Positions 1 through 9,824 of a stretch of DNA of 64,000 bases are shown here, piece after piece; within the stretch, counting starts at the first letter, position 1, and every line of letters begins with the position of its first letter. The notes beneath the pieces are model-generated. The model did not search any database, was not told the origin of the DNA, and saw only the letters and a list, made by a program, of their open reading frames with translations. The stretch comes from Acidobacteriota bacterium. Its GTDB lineage: Bacteria > Acidobacteriota > UBA6911 > RPQK01 > JAJDTT01. Made by a program: the position numbers and the translations under genes. The stretch covers positions 4,128,001 to 4,192,000 of the forward strand of contig OZ253580.1 in NCBI GenBank assembly GCA_965263035.1, in the 5' to 3' direction.

Positions 1-22
1 CTGACCCCCGTGAAACGGACAC
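1..22. mobile_element. possible IS3-family terminal inverted repeat remnant at the window edge
   Basis: CTGACCCCCGTGAAACGGACAC resembles IS3-family ends; no transposase follows and the motif is cut by the window edge. Confidence 0.25.
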
Positions 23-314
23 TCAAGGCTTGCAGATACTGTGAATCCACACTAGACCTCCGGAGCCACCCAGTCAAGTTTCCAATTCCGCCGCCAATAG
101 CGACGCAGCGGGTGCGAACCACCGCCCGGTTCCGCCTCTCTCCTGGCTCCTTCTCTCTTTCCACTTTACTCTCCGGCGCTTGACACTCATGAACACCGTT
201 GGGACAATCCCGCCAAGCAAAGCGTGCGGACAGGGTGCTTCATTCATAATTTCGCACCCGCTTCTTCCGCCCATATTTTTATTTCGGAAGTCTCGCTGGA
301 AGGGGTCGACTGCC

Positions 315-2609
315 ATGAATTCTCGCCGTCGGTTGAGGTGTCCGTTCTTCGGGATGGGGCCGGCGGCGGTGGGGTTGGCCATAGTCCTCCTCTGCTGCTC
401 TTGGCCGGCATGCAATCTGGCCACGGACCACCCACGTGTGGCCGTCGTCGTGGGCAGCGCGGCGCCCGAACTGGAGCGCTTTGCGGCCCGGGAGCTGTGT
501 GAGTATCTGGCCAAGGTCTACGGGATCCAGGCCTATCCGGAACGGCACCCGTCGGCGTCCGCCCAAGCGGTGTTTCTGATCGGCGGTCCTGGGACCAACG
601 CGGCGGTGGAGAGAGCGGCCGGTGGCCAGCTCTTCCCGGAGGTGAGCGACCAGGGGATCGTGCTTCGACGGACGGAGCTGGACGGGCGGCCGGCCCTGAT
701 CGTGGGGGGCGGCAGCCCGAAGGCGACCCTGTGGGCGGTCTACGAGCTGGTGGAGCGCTGGGGAGTGCGCTATCTGATCGACCGGGACGTCCTGCCCGAG
801 AGGAGGGATGTTTTCGAGCTTCCCGACCTCGACGTGGTGATGGAGCCGGTCTTTCGCATTCGTGGACACCCGACCTTCCAGGACTTCGCCGCCAGCGGCG
901 AGGCGTGGGGAGTCGCCGACTTCCGGGTCCTGATCGACCAACTGGCGAAGATGAAGTTCACCCGTATGAACGTCTACGCCTATGGCTGGCAGCCCTATCT
1001 GCACTGGGAGCACAAGGGGATCAAACGGCAGTCGGCCTCCCTCTGGTACGGCTACCGCTACCCGATCACACCGGACATGTGGGGACGGGAGCGGTTCGAA
1101 GACGCGGATGAATTCTGGAATCCGGATCTGCCTCTGGGAGGCAGTTATGAGGAAACGATAGCGGCCGGCGAGCGGCAGGTCCATAGTCTGATCGAGCACG
1201 CGCACCGCCGGGGCATGGACTGCGATCTCTCGGTTCCCACCACCGACTTCACGCCGGAGTTCGCCCCTCTGCTCAAGGGTGCGGAGAAGAGTTCCATCCT
1301 GACCGGGTTGACGGTGGTTCCCGGGGCCACCACGTCGTTGGACGACCCGCAGCTCTACGAATTGGCCACCGCGGTCCTGCGGCACGCCGTCGACACCTAT
1401 CCCGAAGTCGATTACCTGACGGTCTGGATGCCGGAGTTTCGACAGTGGACGGACGAATACGAGCGGGCCTGGAAGGTTCTGGACGAGAAGTACGGCATCG
1501 GCCAGGTCCTTTCCCTGCCGGATCTCCTGTCCGCGGCCGCCAACCGCAAGGGCTGGAACCGGGGAGTGGAGCGGGCGGTGAACATGGTGAAGGGGGACAT
1601 CGCGGCCCTCTACTTCTACGACCGCCTGCTGCGGGACCCGAAAGTGCTGGAGGGAACGCTCCGGCCCGACATTCCGTTCGTGTACGGGGAGCCGGCCGAG
1701 GAGTTGTATCCCATCCTCGACCGCATTCTTCCCGGCGGCTGGCAGATCTCCGCCCACCCGGAGAATAACCCGGTGCTGTTGCTGAGCCGCCCGCAGGTCC
1801 TCACGGCCCTGGCTTCGCAGCAGGCTCCCGGGATCCTGCACATGACCATCGACGACGACGTCCTGGGGTTGGTGCCCCAACTCACTCCCAACACCCTGCA
1901 CGAGATCTTTCCCCTGATGAGGCGCAGCGCCTGGGCGGGATTCATCGCGCGAGAACGCTTCCCCGGCGATCATGACTGGCCCCTGGCGTACATGGCGCGG
2001 GCCGCCTGGGATGCGGAAATCACTCCAGACGCGGTAGGGCGCGACCTCCTGACCGCAGTCTGCGGGGCCGCTTGCGGGGAGAGCCTGCTGGAGGCGTTTC
2101 ATCAGGTGGAAGCGGCGACCCTGACCATGGTCCTCGCTCCCTCCAGGTCCGCCATCGCGTTCCCGGTGCCGCGGATGATGATGAAGTATTGGACGCCGGG
2201 CCCCGCGCCCGACTACATGGGCAAGGCGCGGCGGGAGTACGAGAGCGCCTTGGAGGCGGCGCGGCGGGCGCGGGAGGAATCCACCCCGGGGGGCCGGTGG
2301 TATCCGGACTTCTGGGTGGGTCGGCTGGAGTTTGCCGCCGGCTACGTGGAAGCGGTCGAGACCTTGCACGACGCGGCCACGGCCGAGGCCGCCGGCCGGT
2401 TTGCAGACGCTCTCGAGCAGTCCCGGAAGGCACTCGAGATGTTGCGCCAAGCCACACTTTCTTACGCCCGGGTGGCCCGTACCCCGACCGACCTGGGCGC
2501 CATCGCCATCCTGAACGAATACGGTCATCGAGCCTTGAAGGCCAAAATGGCCGAACTGAGCAAATCGCTTCCTGCTGGATCGACCGAGGGAAGGGAGCCG
2601 TCGCCATGA
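315..2609 (+). CDS. exported glycoside-hydrolase-like protein, paralog 1 (GH67/GH20-type N-terminal domain plus probable TIM barrel)
   Basis: ATG at 315 after GGAAGGGG; hydrophobic leader ending in WPAC; N-terminal pattern ELERFAARELCEYL...DQGIVL...GGGSPKATLWAVYELVERWGVRY is typical of GH67N/GH20 domain 2; five close paralogs in the window. Confidence 0.75.
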   Translation: MNSRRRLRCPFFGMGPAAVGLAIVLLCCSWPACNLATDHPRVAVVVGSAAPELERFAARELCEYLAKVYGIQAYPERHPSASAQAVFLIGGPGTNAAVERAAGGQLFPEVSDQGIVLRRTELDGRPALIVGGGSPKATLWAVYELVERWGVRYLIDRDVLPERRDVFELPDLDVVMEPVFRIRGHPTFQDFAASGEAWGVADFRVLIDQLAKMKFTRMNVYAYGWQPYLHWEHKGIKRQSASLWYGYRYPITPDMWGRERFEDADEFWNPDLPLGGSYEETIAAGERQVHSLIEHAHRRGMDCDLSVPTTDFTPEFAPLLKGAEKSSILTGLTVVPGATTSLDDPQLYELATAVLRHAVDTYPEVDYLTVWMPEFRQWTDEYERAWKVLDEKYGIGQVLSLPDLLSAAANRKGWNRGVERAVNMVKGDIAALYFYDRLLRDPKVLEGTLRPDIPFVYGEPAEELYPILDRILPGGWQISAHPENNPVLLLSRPQVLTALASQQAPGILHMTIDDDVLGLVPQLTPNTLHEIFPLMRRSAWAGFIARERFPGDHDWPLAYMARAAWDAEITPDAVGRDLLTAVCGAACGESLLEAFHQVEAATLTMVLAPSRSAIAFPVPRMMMKYWTPGPAPDYMGKARREYESALEAARRAREESTPGGRWYPDFWVGRLEFAAGYVEAVETLHDAATAEAAGRFADALEQSRKALEMLRQATLSYARVARTPTDLGAIAILNEYGHRALKAKMAELSKSLPAGSTEGREPSP

Positions 2610-4888
2610 GACTTGAACGTGAGTGGATCCGTCTGGCGCTGCTGGTCCTGGTGCTGACCGGTTCGGCCTGCACGCGGGCTCCCCAAGTGGACGTGGTCGT
2701 GGGCAGCGCCGCGCCGGAGCTGGAACGCTTCGCGGCCCGGGAGTTGTGTGACTATCTGGCCAAGCTCTATGGGATTCGGGCCTATCCTGCACGCCGGATC
2801 TCCGGCTCGGCCGACGCGGTGTTTCTGATCGGCAGTCCGCAGACCAACGCGGCGGTGAAACGCGCGGCCGGGCAGCAGCCCTTTCCGGAGGTGAGCGATC
2901 AGGGGATCGTGCTGCGCCGGGCGGATCTGGAAGGTGGGCCGGCGCTGATCTTGGGCGGAGGCAGCCCGCAGGCGACGCTGTGGGCGGTCTACGAGCTGGT
3001 GGAACGTTGGGGAGTGCGTTATTTCACCGATCGGGACGTCCTGCCGGATCGGCAAGACGCGTTCCAACTTCCTGACCTGGACGTGGTCATGGAACCGGTC
3101 TTCCGCATCCGCGGACACCCCAGCGTCCAGGACTTCGCCCCCAGCGGCGAGTCCTGGGGCATGGCGGACTTCCGGGTCCTGATCGACCAACTGGCCAAGC
3201 TCAAGTTCAACCGGCTGCAGCTCTCGGGTTACATGTACCAGCCCTTCCTGCACTGGGAGCACAAGGGCATCAAGCGGGATACCACCTCCCTCTGGTACGG
3301 CCAGCACTTCCCCATCACTCCCGACATGATCGGACGGGAGCTGTTCGAAGATGCCGAAGAGTTCTGGAATCCGGACCTGCCCCTGGGAGGCCGTTATGAG
3401 GAGATGATGGCCGCCGGGGAGCGGCTGCTTCACAACCTCATGGAGTACGCCCACCGACGGGGTATGGAGTGCGATGTCGATGCACCCACCAACGACTTTC
3501 CGCCTGCCTTCGCTCCTCTGCTGAAAGGGGCCGAGCGGAGCTTTCAGATGGCGGTTCGGCCGGGCTTCAACACCCCGGTGGACGACCCCGTGGTGTTCGA
3601 TCTTTCCAGCGCCATCCTGCGGGCCACGGTCAACACCTATCCGGAAGCGGACCACATTCGGATGGGGATGCCGGAAGAGAAGCAATGGCTGGGCGAGTAT
3701 GAACGGGCCTGGAAACTGCTCGATGCCAAATACGGAGTCGGCCAGGTGAGATCCCTCCCCGATCTGGTGGAGGCAGCCGGGAACCGCAAGGGATCCGGGC
3801 GCTGGCCGGGCGAGCTGGGGGTGGCGCAGTTCAAGGCCGACCTCACCTCTCTCTATTTCTACGACCGCCTGTTGAACGATCCGAAGGTCCTGAAGGACAG
3901 CCTCCGGCCCGATATCGGGATCATCTTCAATGAACCGGCCGAAGAGCTGTTTCCCATCCTGGACCGGATCCTGCCGGAAGGGTCCGAGGTCGGGATCCAC
4001 CCCGAAAACCAGCCCGAGAACTTCCTGCCGCGCGCCGACGTCCTCTCGACTCTGAACACGGAGAAGATCCCGGGCCACATGCACGTGACCCTGGACGACG
4101 ACGTGGTGGGCCTGGTGCCCCAACTGCGGCCGGCGGTGCTGCACCAGGTCCTGCAGGAACTGCGCCGCCATGGCTGGGCCGGGTTCATCGCACGCGAGCG
4201 CTTTCCGGCAGACCATGACGCCGTTCTGGCCTATCTGGCCCGGGCCGCCTGGGACGAGCAGGCGAATCCGAAAGAGGTGGCGCGCGATCTGGTGGGGACG
4301 GTCTGCGGGGAAGAGGCCGTGGAGGACCTGCTGGCGGCCTTCGACCTGCTGGAATCGGCCACCCTCACGCTGGCCACGAGCCCCGAGTCGGACGCCAAGA
4401 TCGGACCGACGCGGCTTCTCGTCATCCCGTTCGCCTTCTACGTGCGCGGAATGCTGATGAAGTTCTGGAAGCCGCAGGAGGTTCCGGCCTATCTGGAGAC
4501 CGTGCAGCGGGATTACGGTCAGGCTCTGGAGGCCGCCCGGCGCGCCCGGGACCAGTCGGAGGCGCGGGGACGCTGGTATCCCGAGTTCTGGGTGGGACGG
4601 CTGGAGTTCGCCCTGGGATACGCCGACACGGTGGAAGCGCTGTACCGGGGAGCCCTGGCCGAAGAGAAGGGTGAGCGCGAAGTGGCCCTCAGCCACGCTC
4701 GCGAGGGGTTGGAGTCCCTCCGCCAGGCCACGGAAGCGTACGCCCGCGTCGCCCGCAACCGGACCGACCTGGGCGCCATCGCCGTGCTCAACGAATACGC
4801 GTACCGTCCCTTGTTGAAGAAGACGGAGGAACTGGCGCAGGGGGAGGAAAGAGGAAAGAAAAAAGAGGAAAGAGAGGGGGGTTTTTGA
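2606..4888 (+). CDS. exported glycoside-hydrolase-like lipoprotein, paralog 2
   Basis: ATGA overlap with the paralog 1 stop; lipobox-like GSAC; same conserved blocks (MPE..QW, TLDDD, ARERFP.DHD). Confidence 0.8.
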   Translation: MRLEREWIRLALLVLVLTGSACTRAPQVDVVVGSAAPELERFAARELCDYLAKLYGIRAYPARRISGSADAVFLIGSPQTNAAVKRAAGQQPFPEVSDQGIVLRRADLEGGPALILGGGSPQATLWAVYELVERWGVRYFTDRDVLPDRQDAFQLPDLDVVMEPVFRIRGHPSVQDFAPSGESWGMADFRVLIDQLAKLKFNRLQLSGYMYQPFLHWEHKGIKRDTTSLWYGQHFPITPDMIGRELFEDAEEFWNPDLPLGGRYEEMMAAGERLLHNLMEYAHRRGMECDVDAPTNDFPPAFAPLLKGAERSFQMAVRPGFNTPVDDPVVFDLSSAILRATVNTYPEADHIRMGMPEEKQWLGEYERAWKLLDAKYGVGQVRSLPDLVEAAGNRKGSGRWPGELGVAQFKADLTSLYFYDRLLNDPKVLKDSLRPDIGIIFNEPAEELFPILDRILPEGSEVGIHPENQPENFLPRADVLSTLNTEKIPGHMHVTLDDDVVGLVPQLRPAVLHQVLQELRRHGWAGFIARERFPADHDAVLAYLARAAWDEQANPKEVARDLVGTVCGEEAVEDLLAAFDLLESATLTLATSPESDAKIGPTRLLVIPFAFYVRGMLMKFWKPQEVPAYLETVQRDYGQALEAARRARDQSEARGRWYPEFWVGRLEFALGYADTVEALYRGALAEEKGEREVALSHAREGLESLRQATEAYARVARNRTDLGAIAVLNEYAYRPLLKKTEELAQGEERGKKKEEREGGF

Positions 4889-4913
4889 GGCGGGGTTGCA
4901 TGGAGGCGAACGT

Positions 4914-5735
4914 GTGATGAAGTTGCCGTTTCGGCGTCTTGTCTTGGTTTTGTTGGCGGGGTTGGTGACGGGGTCGGCGATGGGGAAGAAGAGGGATTAC
5001 CGGAATCAGCCGTTTCGGGTGGCGGTGGCCTTGGGAGAGAGCACCACCGCCGGAGGCACGGCGACGACTCCCGAATTGAGCTGGGTGAGCCTGCTGGCCG
5101 ATCTGATCAACGAGAGTCAGGTGGAGCCGGTCCGAATGATCAACAACGGCATCGGAGCCAACCTGATCTCCCCGCGCAGCCCCACCTATCAGACGTCCGA
5201 ACACCCGAGTGCCCTGGAGCGCTACCGGGAGCATGTCATTGCGTACGATCCCGATCTGGTTCTGGTCTCGTACGGCTTCAACGACGCCCGGGGAGGGACC
5301 CCTCTCTGGCAGTTTCTGGACGACCTTCGCCACATCGTAATGGATATCAAGAAGCAGACGGGGGCCGTCGTGGTGATGGTCAATTCCTATTTCTTGACCG
5401 GGTTCGAAGATCACGCACCCTACGATCGGGCGAACGTTGCCGTTCTCGAGGGTTACAACAGCGCCATGAAGCAGTTGGCCGCCGAATGCGGCGTCCTCCT
5501 GGCCGACGTCTTTGCGGCCGAGGACCAGGCGCCCTGGATGATCGACACCGACGGGGTCCACCCGAACAACCTGGGCCACCGGGTCATCGCCAACCGGATT
5601 TTCGAAGTCCTGGCTCAGAACTGCAGCGCCCTCTCCGGAAAGGCCTTCCAGCAGCGGAAGTCCATGAAGCAGTGGCGTCCGACGCGCGAGAAGCAGATCC
5701 AGAAAGAGTACTTCGAGAAGAGGAAGAAGGAGTAG
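4914..5735 (+). CDS. SGNH/GDSL-family hydrolase (exported esterase)
   Basis: Block I LGES, block II NGIGAN, block III GFND, block V DGVHPN; signal peptide; GGAGG at 4902, start GTG 4914 or ATG 4917. Confidence 0.85.
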   Translation: MMKLPFRRLVLVLLAGLVTGSAMGKKRDYRNQPFRVAVALGESTTAGGTATTPELSWVSLLADLINESQVEPVRMINNGIGANLISPRSPTYQTSEHPSALERYREHVIAYDPDLVLVSYGFNDARGGTPLWQFLDDLRHIVMDIKKQTGAVVVMVNSYFLTGFEDHAPYDRANVAVLEGYNSAMKQLAAECGVLLADVFAAEDQAPWMIDTDGVHPNNLGHRVIANRIFEVLAQNCSALSGKAFQQRKSMKQWRPTREKQIQKEYFEKRKKE

Positions 5736-5795
5736 GCTCGATGGACACCGCCGGAATCGGGACTGTCTCCAAAGACCAGGATTGAGGAGGAAGTT

Positions 5796-7379
5796 GTGAC
5801 CAACGGAAACGAGCCTCTTTTCCCCTATGTCGCGAATCAGGACGAGCAATTCTCCTTCCTGATGGGAGAGGACTTCGTCGAGAAGCACAACATCGCCTGG
5901 CGGGTGGAACTGGCGCAGGAAGAGCCGGCCAATCCTCTCATCGAGCCGGAGCTGCCCTGGGAGAACGCCTGCGCCATGAGTCACGGCACGGTGATGATCG
6001 ACCCCACGGACGGGCTCTGGAAGGCCTGGTACACGGCGGTCCCGAAGCATCCCTACAACGCGTCGGCGGAGCGGCGTCTGGCCTACGCCGAGTCGACCGA
6101 CGGGGTGAACTGGGTGAAGCCCGAACTGGATATCTGCTCCTACCAGGGCCAACGGCGGACCAACATCCTGATCGACCTCAAGTCGGGAGGTCCGGCCCAC
6201 AACGCTTCCGTGATCGTCCATCCCGACGCGCCGCCCGATCGAAGGTACGAGATGTTCATCCTGCGGCTCCCGGGCTGGTTCTGTCCCTACCGCGTGGTGA
6301 AGGGCTTTTCAGTCCCCGCCGGCCAGGACGCCCACCAGAAGGGGGAGGGGGCCTTCAGTCCCGGCCTCTATCGTTACCGGTCCTCCGACGGCAAGCACTG
6401 GGAACCGTGGGAGTCGGCCGGATTCGACACCGCCGACGGCGGATGGGTCACGCAACTGGCGGACGGTTCCTATGCCGCCTACCACAAGAGCGCCATTCCC
6501 GCCCTGCCGGGAGGGTTGTCTCCCTACGACGTGGCGGTCGGCGTCTGCCGGGTCATCATGCGGAGGACCGGCCGGACCGGTTCCGACTGGTCCGCGTCCG
6601 AACTGACGCTGACACCGGACTGGCAGGATCCCAACGACACCCAGTTCATGGAGTTGTCGCCGCTGGCCCAACGGAACGGATTCGTCGGACTGGCCACCGT
6701 CTATCACACCTGGAACCAGACGGTGGACCTCCAGTTCGCCGCCTCGCGTGACGGCAAGTCCTGGTGGCGCCCCGACCGGAGGGCCTGCGTGCCGCTGCGG
6801 GCCCTGGGAGACTTCGGTGGCGGGATGACCTGGCCGATGCATCCCATGGTGCACCATGACGGAAGGATCTATCTCTACTACTGCGGTTGCGAGGGTCTTC
6901 ACAACGACTACATGAGCACCGAACCGGCCGAGAGGATGCGCCAAGCCGAACTGCCCGAGTGGCCGCACTACTGGCAGCCCCTCGCCCTGGGCAAGGACAC
7001 CCGCAGTCCGGTTGCGGGCCTCCTCTGGTTCACCGGCGGCATCGGCCGAGCCTCCTGGGAGGTGGGACGGCTGTGGGCCGCGGTCACCGCCGCCGGCGGT
7101 TACTCCACGGGCGACCTTTTGACTCGCACTCCGGTCCCGCACCAACACCGGGTGGTGGTGAATGCCGTCACCGTGGGGGAAGGAAAGCTGGAGGCCGAGC
7201 TGGTTTCCGGGGGGAAGCCCGTCGCCGGGTTCAGCCGCTCCGACTGCCGCCCGATTCGCGGCGACCACCGCGCGGCCGTGACCCGGTGGAAAGGGGGAGA
7301 TCGCTGTCCCGTGGGAGACGCGCAACTGCGCTTCTACATCCATCAGGCTCGGCTATATGGCGTCGATTTTCAGGAGTGA
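5796..7379 (+). CDS. GH32/GH43-like five-bladed beta-propeller glycosidase-like protein
   Basis: NPLIEPELPWE, WKAWY, YAESTDGVNWVKPEL, SSDGKHW and SRDGKSW Asp-box-like repeats; C-terminal beta-sandwich; GAGGAGG RBS before GTG. Confidence 0.7.
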   Translation: MTNGNEPLFPYVANQDEQFSFLMGEDFVEKHNIAWRVELAQEEPANPLIEPELPWENACAMSHGTVMIDPTDGLWKAWYTAVPKHPYNASAERRLAYAESTDGVNWVKPELDICSYQGQRRTNILIDLKSGGPAHNASVIVHPDAPPDRRYEMFILRLPGWFCPYRVVKGFSVPAGQDAHQKGEGAFSPGLYRYRSSDGKHWEPWESAGFDTADGGWVTQLADGSYAAYHKSAIPALPGGLSPYDVAVGVCRVIMRRTGRTGSDWSASELTLTPDWQDPNDTQFMELSPLAQRNGFVGLATVYHTWNQTVDLQFAASRDGKSWWRPDRRACVPLRALGDFGGGMTWPMHPMVHHDGRIYLYYCGCEGLHNDYMSTEPAERMRQAELPEWPHYWQPLALGKDTRSPVAGLLWFTGGIGRASWEVGRLWAAVTAAGGYSTGDLLTRTPVPHQHRVVVNAVTVGEGKLEAELVSGGKPVAGFSRSDCRPIRGDHRAAVTRWKGGDRCPVGDAQLRFYIHQARLYGVDFQE

Positions 7380-7401
7380 GCGGATCCAACATTTCGCAGT
7401 G

Positions 7402-9636
7402 ATGGGCATTTCGGGACACCATCGGAGACGTAAATTTTGTCTCCTCTTGGCGCTCTGGATGCTCTGGCCCGGTAGCGCTCCGGCTTGGGCATCGGGTCAG
7501 TCCCAGGCGCCGGTGAGCGTGGTCACCGGCGGTTCCGCCCCGCAGCTCGAGCAGTTCGCGGCCCGCGAACTGTGCGGCTATCTGGAGAAGCTGTTCGGCC
7601 TGAAGGCCACGCCGGTCCGGCAATGGATCGAATCCTCACGGAACACCTTTCTGGTAGGAAATCCCTCGACCAATTCAGCTATTCCGAGGACCGCGTTTCC
7701 CGAAGTGAGCGATCAGGGGATCGTGCTGCGGAGCGTCACCTCCGGGGGGCGCCCGGCGCTGATCGTCGGTGGAGGCAGCCCCCGCGCCACCCTCTGGGCG
7801 GTGTACGAATTGGCCGAGCGTTGGGGAGTCCGGTATCTGGTCCGGGGTGACGTCCTGCCGGCAAAGAAGGAACTGGACTTCGCTGAGCTGGACGTGGTCA
7901 TGGAGCCCATCCTGCGAGTGCGGGCCCATCCCACGATCCAGGATTTCGCCTCCAGCGGCGAGTCTTGGGCGGCCGCGGACTTCTTTCGCCTGATCGATCA
8001 ACTGGCCAAGCTGAAGTTCTCCCGCATCAACTTCTACGCCTACGGCTGGCAACCCTATCTGCACTATGAACTGAAGGGGATCCAACGAAAATCGGCGTGG
8101 CTCTGGTACGACTACCACTACCCCATCACTCCCGACATGCCGGGAAGGGAACTGTTCGGCGACGCCACCGAGTTCTGGAATCCCGATCTCCCCCTGAATT
8201 CGAGCTACGAGCGCTTCATCGAAGCCGGGCTGAAGTTGGGGCGAGCGCTGGTCTTGCACGCCAAGAGCCGCGGGATGGAGGTGGCGGTCTCGGCTCCGAC
8301 CACCGATTTCACACCCGAGTTCGCTCCTCTGCTCAAAGGCGCCGAAAGGAGCGGCATCCGCAGCGGCCTGACCATCGTCCCTGGAGCCGAAACCCCGTTG
8401 GATGACCCTCAACTGGCGGAACTGGCCCTGACCACCCTCAAGGCGACCATCGACACCTACCCGGAGGCCGACTACGTCACGGTCTGGATGCCGGAGGTGC
8501 GCCAGTGGACCGGTGAGTACGAACGCGCCTGGAAGGCGCTGGACGCCAAGCACGGGATCAGCCGGGTCCGTTCGTTGGAGCAGATCTTTGCGGCGGCAGC
8601 ACGGCGCCGGGGCTCCGAGGTCGGCCGGGAGCGGGTGATGAACGAGATCAAGGGGGACATCGCCAGCCTCTACTTCTACGAACGCCTGCTGAAGGATTCC
8701 CGGGTGCTGGAAACCACGCGGCGGCCGGACATGAAGTTCATGTACTGGGGTGTGTCCGAGGAGCTGTTTCCGATTATCGAGCGCATTCTTCCCGCCGGGT
8801 GGGAAATCGGGGTCATGCCCTCCAATCAGCCGGTCCGGCTCTTGCGGCGGATCGAGGTCCTGAAGGAACTTCCGGCGCAGAACCCGGGCGTTCTGGACCT
8901 GACCATCGATGACGACAACCTCGGAATGGTGCCCCAACTGACGCCCAAGTGGCTTTCCCGCATCGTGCAGGTTCTGAAGCGCAACCGCTGGGCCGGTTTC
9001 ACCGCCCGCGAACGGTTCCCTTACGATCACGATTGGCCCCTCGCCTACCTCTCCCGCGCGGCGTGGCATGAGGACGTTCGTCCGGACGACGTGGCCCGCG
9101 ACCAGCTTTCCGCCGTTTGCGGACCCGAGTGCGCGGAAGAGCTGCTGGACGGATTCCATGAGATCGAGTGGGTGACCACCCTGCTGGCCGATGCCAACCG
9201 CAACTTCTCCAAGGAAAGGCCGGGAACGCTGATGAAGTATTGGCGGCCGGGGCCGGTGCCCACCTACCTGGCGGCGGTCCGGAGCGGCTATGAACGGGCC
9301 CTGAGTGCCGTCCGTCGAGCACAGGTGAAATCGACTCCCGCAGGACGTAGCTACCTGGATTTCTGGCAGGGCCGTTTCGAATTCGCCGTCGGGTATACGG
9401 ATACGGTCCGAAACGTCCACCAGGCCGGTGCGGCCGAAATGGTCAACGACTATTCGAGCGCCCTGAAGCATGCCCGGGAGGGGCTGGGAAGCCTGCGCCG
9501 GGGATTGGAAGCATACGCCCGGATCGCCCGCAGCCAGACCGACCGGGGAGCCATCGCCATGCTGGGCGAGTTTGCCTATCGGCCCTTGAAGGCCAAGATC
9601 GCCGAATTGACCCGCCTGGTCGAGGATGGACAGTAA
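7402..9636 (+). CDS. exported glycoside-hydrolase-like protein, paralog 3
   Basis: Same family blocks as paralog 1; SPI-type signal ending in AWA; start uncertain (7357, 7399 or 7402). Confidence 0.75.
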   Translation: MGISGHHRRRKFCLLLALWMLWPGSAPAWASGQSQAPVSVVTGGSAPQLEQFAARELCGYLEKLFGLKATPVRQWIESSRNTFLVGNPSTNSAIPRTAFPEVSDQGIVLRSVTSGGRPALIVGGGSPRATLWAVYELAERWGVRYLVRGDVLPAKKELDFAELDVVMEPILRVRAHPTIQDFASSGESWAAADFFRLIDQLAKLKFSRINFYAYGWQPYLHYELKGIQRKSAWLWYDYHYPITPDMPGRELFGDATEFWNPDLPLNSSYERFIEAGLKLGRALVLHAKSRGMEVAVSAPTTDFTPEFAPLLKGAERSGIRSGLTIVPGAETPLDDPQLAELALTTLKATIDTYPEADYVTVWMPEVRQWTGEYERAWKALDAKHGISRVRSLEQIFAAAARRRGSEVGRERVMNEIKGDIASLYFYERLLKDSRVLETTRRPDMKFMYWGVSEELFPIIERILPAGWEIGVMPSNQPVRLLRRIEVLKELPAQNPGVLDLTIDDDNLGMVPQLTPKWLSRIVQVLKRNRWAGFTARERFPYDHDWPLAYLSRAAWHEDVRPDDVARDQLSAVCGPECAEELLDGFHEIEWVTTLLADANRNFSKERPGTLMKYWRPGPVPTYLAAVRSGYERALSAVRRAQVKSTPAGRSYLDFWQGRFEFAVGYTDTVRNVHQAGAAEMVNDYSSALKHAREGLGSLRRGLEAYARIARSQTDRGAIAMLGEFAYRPLKAKIAELTRLVEDGQ

Positions 9637-9686
9637 TTTGAGTTCCATAATCTCGAATTCTTGTGCAAATCGACGAAGAATTATCC

Positions 9687-9712
9687 GTAGGGGCGTCCCT
9701 TGTGGGCGCCCT
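9687..9712 (+). repeat. GTAG-family REP palindrome
   Basis: GTAG-GGGCGTCC-CTTGT-GGGCGCCC, intergenic between paralogs 3 and 4. Confidence 0.65.
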
Positions 9713-9824
9713 CTTCGGTCCAAAGCGGAGCAAGACGGGGCCAGACGAAGAGTCGGCGGCTCGACGTCGTCCGAGCGTCCGATGATGAGGGCGGCTATTT
9801 GACGAAACGGGGAAGGTGGAGGGC

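Noticed and set aside
2072-2605. N-terminal extensions in the ORF track (also 57713-60979, 54493, 31389, 24228)
   Set aside because: They overlap neighbouring genes or lack an RBS; downstream starts have an RBS, ATGA coupling or signal peptides
4840-4886. Purine-rich run at the end of paralog 2, as a phase-variation tract
   Set aside because: Encodes a low-complexity charged tail after the conserved region; slippage would barely change the protein
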